Assembly: GCA_964252075.1 (NCBI GenBank)
Contig: CAXULY010000049.1
Location: forward strand, 1 to 33,848
Reading direction: 5' to 3'
Length of the DNA stretch: 33,848 bases
Source of the DNA: an uncultured Deinococcaceae bacterium
GTDB lineage: Bacteria; Deinococcota; Deinococci; Deinococcales; Deinococcaceae
Part shown: piece by piece, positions 25,479 to 33,848 of the stretch
How the letters are laid out: every line of letters starts with the position of its first letter
Position numbering within the stretch: position 1 is the stretch's first letter
The notes under the pieces: generated by a model
Told to the model about the DNA's origin: nothing
Databases searched by the model: none
Seen by the model: only the letters and a program-made list of their open reading frames with translations
Position numbers and translations under genes: made by a program

Positions 25479-27687
25479 ATGCACAGGACTCCGAAGTGGT
25501 CCCTCATCACGCTGCTGACGGCGGGGGCGCTGTGGCTCACCGCGTGCGGCGGCGGGAGCGGCCCCGTGCCGCCCCCCACCCCGAACCCGGGCGGCGTCCC
25601 CGCTGGGCCTCCCGCCCCTGCTGGGCCTCGCGCCGGAGGTGCAGCCCGCCACGCGCGTGCTGAGCGCCGCGGAACTCGGGGGCGTGAGCGGCCTGCAGGT
25701 CACGAACGCGGACGCCTGCGCGCCGGACGCCGCGAACCGCGCGCCGTGCGCCTTCACGTTCCAGATGTCGCCCGTCCCGGCAGACCTCAAGGTGGGGTCC
25801 GTGCTCGCGGCGGGCGTGAGCGCCGCCACCCCGGACGGCCTGCTGGTGCGGGTGACGGACGTGAGCGGCGAGACCGTCACCGCGACCGAGGCGGCGCTCG
25901 GGGACGCCGTGAAGCAGGGGGAATTCCGGGGTGAGCAGGCCTTCACGGACGCGGACATCCGGTCGCAAAGCCTGCCGCCCGGCGTGAGCGTCGTGCCGCA
26001 CGACCTGACCGCGCAGGGCGTGGGGAAGCAGGCGCTCGGCATCACGGTGAAGGCCAACCACACGCAGCTCGCGCCGGGCGTGTACGCCGACGGGCAGGCG
26101 ACCTTCCAGCTGTCGTGCGGCGCGTACGGCGGCCTCACGTACAAGTATTACGTGATTCCGAACGGCGTGAAGTTCCAGGCGACGTGTCAGGTGACGCAGT
26201 CCCTGGCGCTGGACGTCACGGGCGCGGCGGGCGTCACGCTGGACAAGCAGGTGTCGCTGGGGTCCTTCACCTTCTCCCCCATCACCTTCTTCATCGGGCC
26301 GGTGCCGGTCGTGCTGGTGCCGAAGGTCGCGGTGACGCTGAACCTGAAGGGTGAGGTGTCCGCGCAGCTGTCCTTCGGCTTCGACGAGCACTTCCAGGCA
26401 AAAGGCGGCATCAAGTACGACGACGGCTTCAAACTCATTCATGACCTCACGGCGGGCGCGACCGCGCACCCCGTGACGCTGCAGGCGCAGGTGAACGCAA
26501 GGGCCGGACCGAACTTCAAGGCGTCGCTGCTGCTGTACGGCGTGGCGGGCGCGTCACTGAACTTCAACCCCTACCTGAAGCTGGAGGGCGGCTCCGGCCA
26601 CAACCCCCTGTGGTGCCTGCGCGCCGGGCTGGACGGCGGGGTGTCGCTCGACCTGGACCTGCAGATCAAGCACCTGACGTATGGGCCCGCCAGCCTGTTC
26701 GATCAGAGCGAGGACCTCGCGTGCGCCCCGAACTCCGCGCCGACCGTTCACATCGAGCCCGCCGCGAACCTCGACGCGGACCACACGGTGTACGTCTTCG
26801 ACCGCGCCATCATCGTCCTGAAGGCCGTGGCGAATGACGCGGAGGAGGGCACGAACCTCCCCGTGACCTGGACGGACAACGTGGACGGCCTGCTCGGCAC
26901 GGGCCGCAGCGGCATCAGCACGGACCTGACCCTGAAAACGCCCGGCGCGCACGTCATCACCGCCACCGTGAAGGACGCGCAGGGCGCGCAGGCCAGCGCG
27001 ACCTTCACCGCGAAGGTCGTGGTGCCGCAGCCCACCGTGACGCTCACCGCGCGCGACAACCAGGGGACGGCGCTGCCCGGACCGCAGGTTCAGGCGCACC
27101 AGGGGGACTTCGTGTCGCTGACGGCGCAGCTCGGGTACCTGGACATCGGGCTGCCCTGCACGGCCGTCACGTGGGACGCGGGTGGCCTGCCGCTCACGGG
27201 GGGCGGCTGCCAGGTGGGCCTCAACCTCACCACGCAGGGCACCTTCACGGTGACCGCCACGGCGGATGACGGGTACGGGCACAAGGGCAGCGCCAGCCTG
27301 ACCCTCGTGGTGGGCCCGCCGCCCGTGGTGGTCGCGCCGTCCTTCAGCCCCATCACGGCCGTGAAGACCGCGCCCGCCCCGGCGGCGCCCTTCCAGGACG
27401 GCGGGTACACGGTGGCGGGCGACGTGCTGCAGTTCAGCGTGACGTACCTGAACGCCGCGGACGCGAAGGTGAAGGCCCGGTACGTGTGGACCATCAGCAT
27501 CAAGGGCGCCGCGCCGCAGCCGCTGGACGGCCCGGCGAACGAGACGACCACCTCGCAGCGCACGTGGACGGCGCCGTACCTGGAGCAGGACCCGGTGGTG
27601 GTGCAGGTGCAGATCTACGACGCGGACACGAACACCTTGATCGGCACGCGGGACTTCCACTTCATCGGGACGCACATCATCCTCTGA
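25479..27687 (+). pseudogene. Frameshifted large lipoprotein with Ig/PKD-like beta domains
   Basis: AGGAGG RBS, signal and lipobox LTA-C in the 25479 frame; the 682-aa body is in the +1 frame and lacks an RBS or signal; apparent extra base near 25572-25601. Confidence 0.75.
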
Positions 27688-27696
27688 GGGCGTGCG

Positions 27697-27730
27697 CAAG
27701 GAGGCGGGCCAGGTGGCCCGCCTCCTTGTT
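27697..27730 (+). terminator. Intrinsic terminator
   Basis: CAAGGAGGCGGGCC-aggt-GGCCCGCCTCCTTG-tt, 9 nt after the stop. Confidence 0.75.
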
Positions 27731-27790
27731 GTCGCGCGGGGCCGCGCAGGCCTGTCTATATCCGCTGCGCCTGCCGCGCTGCGCACCCCG

Positions 27791-27812
27791 TACCATCGAT
27801 CAAACAGTTTGA
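27791..27812 (+). promoter_or_regulatory. -10 element plus palindromic operator candidate
   Basis: TACCAT 27791-27796; TCAAAC-A-GTTTGA 27800-27812 upstream of the IclR gene. Confidence 0.6.
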
Positions 27813-27833
27813 CTCTTTCAACCAGGAGGCGTG

Positions 27834-28637
27834 GTGACCCAGGCGGCGAAAGACACTCCCCGTTACCTCATCCAATCCGCGGCGAACACCCTAGAGGTGC
27901 TGCTGGTCTTCGGCCGCGCCCCCCACCGCTTCAGCCCATCCGAGATTGCGGCGCACCTCGACATGGACCGCAACCAGGCCTTCCGCTGCCTGCGCACCCT
28001 GCAGCACGTGGGTTTCGTGCGCGCCGAGGACGACGACCGCTTCGTGCTCACGCCCCTCGTGGAGCAACTCGCGGGCGCGGCGCAACCCCAGGCGAACCTC
28101 GTCACGGCCGCCGGCGTGTTCATGGACGACCTCTCGCAGGGCACCGAGGAGACCGTGAACCTCTTCGTGCTGGACGGCGACTCCATGACCTGCGTGGACC
28201 ACCGCGACGGCCTGCGCCCCGTGCGCCTCGTCACGGAACTCGGGCGGCGCACGCCGCTGCACGCGGGCGCCTGCCCCAAAGCCACGCTGGCGTACCTGCC
28301 CGAGGCGCAGCAGGAACGCGTGCTCGCGCAACTCCCGCACCTTCCGCACTTCACGGCGCACACCGCGCGCACCGCCGACGACCTGCGGCGCGACCTGCAG
28401 GACGTCCGCGCGCGCGGCTACGCCATCAGCGACCTCGACGTGGACGAGGAGGCGCGCGGCGTGGGCGCCCCCATCTTCAACTCCGCGGGGCACGTGGTGG
28501 GCGCCATCAGCGTGGGCGGACCCGCGTCGCGCATGACGCCCGCCCGCATCACGCAACTGGGTGAACGCATCACCGAGACGGCGCGGCTCATCTCCCGCCA
28601 GCTAGGTTACAACGGCAATTCCGCGCAAAGCGAGTGA
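27834..28637 (+). CDS. IclR family transcriptional regulator
   Basis: IQSAANTLEVL...SEIAAHLDMDRNQAFRCLRTL HTH; GRRTPLHAGACPK; VRARGYA...GVGAPIF...GAISVGGP. Confidence 0.93.
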   Translation: MTQAAKDTPRYLIQSAANTLEVLLVFGRAPHRFSPSEIAAHLDMDRNQAFRCLRTLQHVGFVRAEDDDRFVLTPLVEQLAGAAQPQANLVTAAGVFMDDLSQGTEETVNLFVLDGDSMTCVDHRDGLRPVRLVTELGRRTPLHAGACPKATLAYLPEAQQERVLAQLPHLPHFTAHTARTADDLRRDLQDVRARGYAISDLDVDEEARGVGAPIFNSAGHVVGAISVGGPASRMTPARITQLGERITETARLISRQLGYNGNSAQSE

Positions 28638-28644
28638 GGTCAGT

Positions 28645-30222
28645 ATGCAGAAACTTCCGGTCAGCTGGTATCTGACGGGCGCCCTGGCGCTCAGTGTGGG
28701 CATGGCGGGCGCGCAGGCCGCCGATGGCGGTGGCGTGACGATGGTCACGACCGCCGACCCCACCTTCAACCCCTGGAGCCCCACGGCCTTCGTGGAGTCC
28801 AACCTCATCAACGAGCTGATCTTCCCCGGCCTCACCCGCTGGGACAAGAACCTGCGGCCCGCGCCGGACCTCGCGACGTCGTGGAAGGTCAGCGCGGACG
28901 GCCTGAAGTGGACCTTCAACCTGCGCAAGAACGTGAAGTGGTCCGACGGGCAGACCTTCGACGCGGACGACGTGGCCTTCACCTTCAACGACATCGTGCT
29001 GAAAAAGGAACTCGGCGCGAACGGCGGCAGCACGTGGCGCAACGCCGTCACGAAAGTGAACGTCGTGAACCCGTACACCGTGGACTTCATCCTGTCGCGG
29101 CCTTGGGCGTCCCTGCCGACGTACCTCGCGTACTACGCGGGCATCCTGCCGAAGCACAAGTTCGCGGGCGTCACGGACCCCTGGAAATTCACGGATTTCA
29201 ACAAGCAGAACCCCGTCGGCACGGGGCCCTTCAAGGTCTCGCAGGTCGTGTCGGGCGCCAGCGTGAAACTCGTGCGCAACGACAACTACTGGGCCGGGAA
29301 ACCCAAGCTGGCGTCCATCACCTTCAAGGTGATTCCTGACAGCAACGCACAACTCGCGCAGCTCCTCAGTGGCGACCTCGACATGATCGCGGTGGGGAAC
29401 CCCGAGACGGTCGAGCGCATCAAGGCGAACCCGAACCTCGCGGTGGACGTCTCCACCTCGAACATCTATTACTTCGTGGCGCTCAACCAGGACGACCCGC
29501 GCTTCCGCGACGTGCGCGTGCGCCAGGCGCTGCTGTACGCCATCGACCGCCCCGCCATGATCAAGAGCGTCCTGAAAGGCTACGGGCAGGTCGCGACGGG
29601 CCCCATCGCGCCCGTGCAGAAGGGCTTCTACAACGCGAATGTCCAGCAGTACCCCTACGACCCCGCGAAGGCCAAGGCGCTGCTCGCGGCGGCCGGGTAC
29701 AAGCCGGGCGCGAACGGCATCCTGCAGAAAGACGGCAAGCCGCTCGTGATCAGCATGCCGACCGCGTCGTACCAGCAGCTCACGCCCATCTCGCTGCTGG
29801 TGCAACAGTACTGGAAGAACATCGGCGTGCAGGCGGACATCAAGACCATGGACTGGAACTCGTACATCCAGCAGGTGATCGTGAAGCGCGATTACCAGGC
29901 GTCCGCCGCGTGGTGGTCCACGCCCGCCGACCCGGACGTGCTGCCGTACTACGACTCCGCCGCCGCGAACGTCGGGAACAACATCCCGAACTACAAGAAC
30001 CCGAAGCTCGACGCGCTGCTGCAGCAGGGCCGCAAGACCACCAGTCCCTTCGCGCGCAAGCAGGTGTACAACCAGGCGCAGACCCTCATGGCGCGCGAGC
30101 TGCCGTACCTGTACCTGTGGTACCCGCAGAGCATCACGGCGTACAGCAAGCGCATCCAGGGCATGCGCGGCATCACGCAGGCCGCCGACTTCCAGTACGC
30201 GAACGAGTGGTTCGTGAAGTGA
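28645..30222 (+). CDS. ABC transporter substrate-binding protein, family 5 (Dpp/Opp-like)
   Basis: Signal peptide AQA-A; PDLATSW..S.DGLKWTFNLRKNVKWSDG..FDADDV.FTF; PVGTGPF; RVRQALLYAIDR. Confidence 0.93.
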   Translation: MQKLPVSWYLTGALALSVGMAGAQAADGGGVTMVTTADPTFNPWSPTAFVESNLINELIFPGLTRWDKNLRPAPDLATSWKVSADGLKWTFNLRKNVKWSDGQTFDADDVAFTFNDIVLKKELGANGGSTWRNAVTKVNVVNPYTVDFILSRPWASLPTYLAYYAGILPKHKFAGVTDPWKFTDFNKQNPVGTGPFKVSQVVSGASVKLVRNDNYWAGKPKLASITFKVIPDSNAQLAQLLSGDLDMIAVGNPETVERIKANPNLAVDVSTSNIYYFVALNQDDPRFRDVRVRQALLYAIDRPAMIKSVLKGYGQVATGPIAPVQKGFYNANVQQYPYDPAKAKALLAAAGYKPGANGILQKDGKPLVISMPTASYQQLTPISLLVQQYWKNIGVQADIKTMDWNSYIQQVIVKRDYQASAAWWSTPADPDVLPYYDSAAANVGNNIPNYKNPKLDALLQQGRKTTSPFARKQVYNQAQTLMARELPYLYLWYPQSITAYSKRIQGMRGITQAADFQYANEWFVK

Positions 30223-30251
30223 GGGCGGGGGGCGCCATGCGCCCCTCCCCT
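30222..30251 (+). other. Intercistronic hairpin after the SBP gene
   Basis: GGGGGGCGC-cat-GCGCCCCTC, typical of SBP mRNA stabilisers or partial terminators. Confidence 0.45.
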
Positions 30252-30259
30252 GAGAGGAC

Positions 30260-31210
30260 ATGATGCTGGGTTTCCTGGGACGCCGTCTCGGGCAGGGCCT
30301 CTTGGTGCTGCTCCTGATCTCACTCGTCACGTTCTTCCTGATCAACCTCGCGCCGGGCGGGCCGAGCGCCGCCGCCCGCTTCGAATCCACCGCGGAGGAG
30401 CGCGCCGCCATTCAGAAGCAGCTGGGCCTCGACCGGCCGCTCATCGCGCGCTACGGCACGTGGGCGCAGGGCGTGGTGCGCGGCGACTTCGGCGCGAGCC
30501 TGTCGGGCGGTCAGCCGGTCGCGCCGATGCTGCGCCAGCGCCTCGCGACGACCGCGCAGCTGGGCCTCGCGGCGCTCGTACTGAGCGTCGTGGTGGGCAT
30601 CCCGCTGGGCATCGTGACGGCCATGCGCCGCAACTCCGTGCTGGACCACACCGTGAACGCCGTGAGCACGCTCGGCATGAGCGTCCCGGACTTCTGGACG
30701 GGCATCATGGCGATCCTGCTGTTCGCGGTGACGCTCAAGGTGCTGCCCGCCTCCGGCATGGCGGACACCAGCGGCGGCTTCTCCCTCACAGAGTGGCTGC
30801 GGCACATGATCCTGCCCGCCGGCGTGCTGGCCTTCGTGATGTTGCCGAACCTCGTGCGCTTCACGCGCGCGTCCCTGCTGGAGGTGCTGGGCGCCGACTA
30901 CCTGCGCACCGCGCGCGCCAAGGGCGTGCGGGAACTGCGGGTGATCGTGAAGCACGCGCTCCGAAACGCCTTCGTGCCGATCATCGCGATGATCGGGCTG
31001 GTGCTGCCCGCGCTGCTGTCCGGCTCCGTCATCATCGAGAGCGTGTTCGGGCTGCCCGGCATGGGGCGCCTCGCGGTGGACGCCGCGCTCGGCCGGGACT
31101 ACAACACCATCATGGCGGTCACGCTGGTGGCGGGCGCCATCGTGATCGTCACGAACCTGCTGGTGGACCTCGCGTACTCCGCCATCGACCCGAGGATCCG
31201 TCATGACTGA
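30260..31210 (+). CDS. ABC peptide transporter permease (DppB/OppB-like)
   Basis: LGLDRP, GDFGASL, DYLRTARAKG, KHALRNA, IESVFGLPGMGRL, IDPRIR. Confidence 0.93.
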   Translation: MMLGFLGRRLGQGLLVLLLISLVTFFLINLAPGGPSAAARFESTAEERAAIQKQLGLDRPLIARYGTWAQGVVRGDFGASLSGGQPVAPMLRQRLATTAQLGLAALVLSVVVGIPLGIVTAMRRNSVLDHTVNAVSTLGMSVPDFWTGIMAILLFAVTLKVLPASGMADTSGGFSLTEWLRHMILPAGVLAFVMLPNLVRFTRASLLEVLGADYLRTARAKGVRELRVIVKHALRNAFVPIIAMIGLVLPALLSGSVIIESVFGLPGMGRLAVDAALGRDYNTIMAVTLVAGAIVIVTNLLVDLAYSAIDPRIRHD

Positions 31211-32081
31211 AGCGGTGCCGCTGCCCCCCACCACCAGCCCCACCCGCCGCCGACCGGGCCTCGTGGCGCGCGTGCTGCGCCACCCCGTGGGCCTCATCGC
31301 GGTGCTGCTGCTGCTGGTGCTGTACGCCTCGGCGTTCCTCGGGCCGCTCTTCTACGGCGCGTCCCCCATCACCACGGACGCGCTGAACACCACCGCCGGG
31401 CCCAGCGCGCAGCACCCGCTCGGCACGGACGAACTGGGCCGCGACGTGCTCGCGCGCCTGCTGTACGGCGGGCGCATCACCCTGATGATCAGCATCATCA
31501 GCATGCTGGTGGCGCTCAGCGTGGGCTCGCTGATCGGCGCGGTCGCGGGCTTCTACAAGGGGCCCACCGAGGCGGTCCTGATGCGCCTCGTGGACACCTT
31601 CATGGCCATCCCGAGCTTCTTCCTGATCCTCGCGGCGATCGCGGTGCTGGGGAACACGCCGCCCGTCGTGGTGATCGTGGTGGGCCTCGGCTTCTGGCCG
31701 CAGGTGGCGCGCATCGTGCACGCGGAGGTCAGCAAGATCCGCAACTTCGAGTTCGTGGAGGCGGGCCGCGCGCTTGGCGCGAGCGGCTCGCGCCTCATCT
31801 GGCGGCACGTGTTCCCGCAGGCGCTGCCGTCCGCGGCGGTCCTCACGACGCTCGGCATCGCGTGGTCGATCCTCACGGAGACGGGCCTCAGTTACCTGGG
31901 CCTGGGCATCCAGCCGCCGCTCGCGTCGTGGGGGAACATGCTGCAGAACGCCCAGACGTACTTCTGGGTGAAGCCCGCGCTGGCCGTGTACCCGGGCCTG
32001 CTGATCGCGCTCGCGGTGCTGTGCTTCAACCTGCTCGGCAACGTCCTGCGCGACCTCACGGACCCCCGGGGGCGCCAGTGA
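31203..32081 (+). CDS. ABC peptide transporter permease (DppC/OppC-like)
   Basis: HPLGTDELGRDVLARLLYGGRITL, EFVEAGRALGAS, LSYLGLGIQPP..SWGNML. Confidence 0.93.
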   Translation: MTEAVPLPPTTSPTRRRPGLVARVLRHPVGLIAVLLLLVLYASAFLGPLFYGASPITTDALNTTAGPSAQHPLGTDELGRDVLARLLYGGRITLMISIISMLVALSVGSLIGAVAGFYKGPTEAVLMRLVDTFMAIPSFFLILAAIAVLGNTPPVVVIVVGLGFWPQVARIVHAEVSKIRNFEFVEAGRALGASGSRLIWRHVFPQALPSAAVLTTLGIAWSILTETGLSYLGLGIQPPLASWGNMLQNAQTYFWVKPALAVYPGLLIALAVLCFNLLGNVLRDLTDPRGRQ

Positions 32082-33457
32082 CGGCCCCCTGGTGGGCGGA
32101 CACGCGCGCTGCACTGGCGCCCGCCCTGCGGGACCTGCGGGTCGCGGTGTACGCCTCGGGCGGCGCGCCGTACCACCACGCGGCGCTCGTCGCGCAGTGG
32201 GGCGGCGTGCCCGAGATGCTGGGCGCCGACGAGATCCTCGCGGGCGCCCTGACCGCGTATGACGTGCTGGTCGTGCCGGGCGGCGGGATGAACGCCATGC
32301 GCGGCCTCCTTGCGCCGCTCGGGGAGGCGGGCGCCGAGCAGATTCAGCGCTGGGTGGACGCGGGCGGCCTGTACGTCGGTTCGTGCGCCGGGGCGTACGT
32401 TGGGGCGGCCCTGCCCGACGCGTTCCTGCGCGCGAACCCGGACGCGCGCGGCCTGCAGCTGCTGGACGCGGGCGTCGCGAACCTCGCGGACGGCCCGCTG
32501 GGCGGCCTCGCCTCGCCGGGCGTGGGGGTGTTCACGGCGCGCGTCACGCAGGGCGCGCACCCCCTCACGCGGGGGCTGCCCGGCACCTTCGACATCGTGC
32601 ATTACAACGGGCCGTGCTTCGCGCCCGGCGCGTGCGGCGTGGTGACGCTGCAGGGTGTGACGCCGGCCTTCACGCCCTGGGAGCGCAGCCTGCCCGGGCA
32701 CATCAGCCGGGTGCTGGCGGACGCGCTGCTCGATCAGGGCGCGCAGCTGGTGGTGGCGGGCGAGCGCGGCGCGGGCCTCGTGGTGCTGTTCGGCTCGCAC
32801 CCGGAGTTCGGCTTCAGCCCCCTGCAGCTCGGCTGGGGCGAGGCGGCCCGCCTGTTCGGGAACGCCCTGGCGTGGCAGGCGGAGCGGCGCGCCAGCGGCG
32901 GGCGCCCCGACCCCACCGCGCCCGCCACGCCGGGCGCCACGCCAGGCGCGGTGGCGGACCTCCTTGACCGCGCCGCGGCGCGCTTCACGGCCTTCAGGGC
33001 GGACCCGCCGGACGTGCGGGGCGCCCCGGCCTTCCTGGGCGTCACGCCGCTGGCGCTGTGGAGCGCGGCGCTCGGCGAGGCCGCCGGGCGCGCGCGGGAC
33101 ACCGCCGCGTACCTGCGCGCCCTCGCGCCGCAGCGCCCGGAGGCCGGCCCGCACGCCCGGTGGGTGGACCACCCGCCCGCGCCGGAGCAGGACTACGGCT
33201 TCGTGGGCCTGCGGCAACTCGCCGGGCGCATTCACGCGCTGATGGATCAGGCGGACGTGCACCTGCGCTCGCCGCCTCTCACTCCCAGCTTCCCGTACGA
33301 CCAGTGGGACCGTTCCCCTTACCACCTGCTCGCCAGCTCGTACCTGAGCGCCGCCGGTCTCGCCGCCTCCGCCAGCCTCGCTGCGGGCACGCTCGGGTCA
33401 CTCCTTGGCTTCGACGCGCCCGCCCCCTTCCCCCTCACCCGGAGCCACCATGACTGA
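32078..33457 (+). CDS. Class I glutamine amidotransferase-like (BPL_N-type) domain protein
   Basis: GTG overlaps the upstream stop (GTGA); DVLVVPGG, GGLYVGSCAGAY (Cys elbow), HYNGP, GSHPEF (His-Pro-Glu). Confidence 0.78.
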   Translation: MTAPWWADTRAALAPALRDLRVAVYASGGAPYHHAALVAQWGGVPEMLGADEILAGALTAYDVLVVPGGGMNAMRGLLAPLGEAGAEQIQRWVDAGGLYVGSCAGAYVGAALPDAFLRANPDARGLQLLDAGVANLADGPLGGLASPGVGVFTARVTQGAHPLTRGLPGTFDIVHYNGPCFAPGACGVVTLQGVTPAFTPWERSLPGHISRVLADALLDQGAQLVVAGERGAGLVVLFGSHPEFGFSPLQLGWGEAARLFGNALAWQAERRASGGRPDPTAPATPGATPGAVADLLDRAAARFTAFRADPPDVRGAPAFLGVTPLALWSAALGEAAGRARDTAAYLRALAPQRPEAGPHARWVDHPPAPEQDYGFVGLRQLAGRIHALMDQADVHLRSPPLTPSFPYDQWDRSPYHLLASSYLSAAGLAASASLAAGTLGSLLGFDAPAPFPLTRSHHD

Positions 33458-33848
33458 CCTCAAGGACACCCCCGCCACCGTCACGCCCATGCAGCAGAAG
33501 AACTACACCGGCTACAAGTCCTTCTCGTACCTGGAGCCGGGCGTGGATTACAAGGTGTGGCCGCTCAGCAAGGAACTGAACCGCGTGCCCAGCCGCCGCC
33601 CCGAGGTCACCGAGGAGGAAGAAGCGCGCGTGCGCCGGCTCTTCCAGGAGCACCTGATGATCTCCCTGCACGACCACTGCTTCGTCGCGCCGGAGGACCT
33701 CTCGCAGTTCCTGGAGTTCCGCCGCTGGGGGCGCGACTTCACGGGGTACGAGGGCCTCAGCGTTTCCGGCCTCGACGCGGTGTTCGACAACCTCATGAAC
33801 GGCACCGCCATGATCACCTCGCGCGGCGGCTGGAAGTGGGACGACATC
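33450..33848 (+). CDS. Probable membrane dipeptidase (peptidase M19 family), 3' end outside window
   Basis: Not in the ORF track; GGAG RBS, ATG 33450, open to the window end: MTDLKDTP...YTGYKSFSYLEPG...LMISLHDH...SGLDAVFDNLMNG; HxH/D metal-ligand motif; family call from recall. Confidence 0.7.
   Translation, partial: MTDLKDTPATVTPMQQKNYTGYKSFSYLEPGVDYKVWPLSKELNRVPSRRPEVTEEEEARVRRLFQEHLMISLHDHCFVAPEDLSQFLEFRRWGRDFTGYEGLSVSGLDAVFDNLMNGTAMITSRGGWKWDDI

Noticed and set aside
1..33848. Many long overlapping or antisense ORFs (e.g. 4440-6095 +, 6897-8474 +, 21945-23960 +, 28588-30411 -)
   Set aside because: Arg/Ala/Gly/Pro-rich shadow frames expected at very high GC; they overlap well-supported genes and have no motifs or RBS

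Overview
Very GC-rich bacterial chromosomal segment. Gene content and many leaderless genes (TANNNT 5-7 nt before the start codon) suggest Deinococcus; this is inference. It carries about 33 genes: two large STAND-type AAA-ATPase/TPR regulators (one cut by the left edge, one with a C-terminal SARP-like wHTH/BTAD module), four lipoproteins (FN3-like, ZU5-like, S8 protease, and a frameshifted Ig/PKD-like one), two paralogous double-zinc-ribbon microproteins, DUF1206, a PD-(D/E)XK-like protein, ADP-ribosylglycohydrolase, GerMN, LigB-like dioxygenase, ankyrin protein, a SHOCT-repeat/DUF2089 pair, alditol oxidase, MFS, GAF-GGDEF, DUF2239/GIY-YIG and an IclR-ABC peptide transporter-GATase-like-M19 dipeptidase operon. 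No rRNA, tRNA, IS element or CRISPR was seen. The main signal is non-coding: seven promoters share one geometry (hexamer-N5-hexamer-N11-[-10]) in two sequence codes. YGYCAT/HRYCAY precedes five genes and nnTGAC precedes both zinc-ribbon genes. This points to two parallel SARP/STAND-controlled regulons, each pairing a tiny unknown protein with surface lipoprotein(s).
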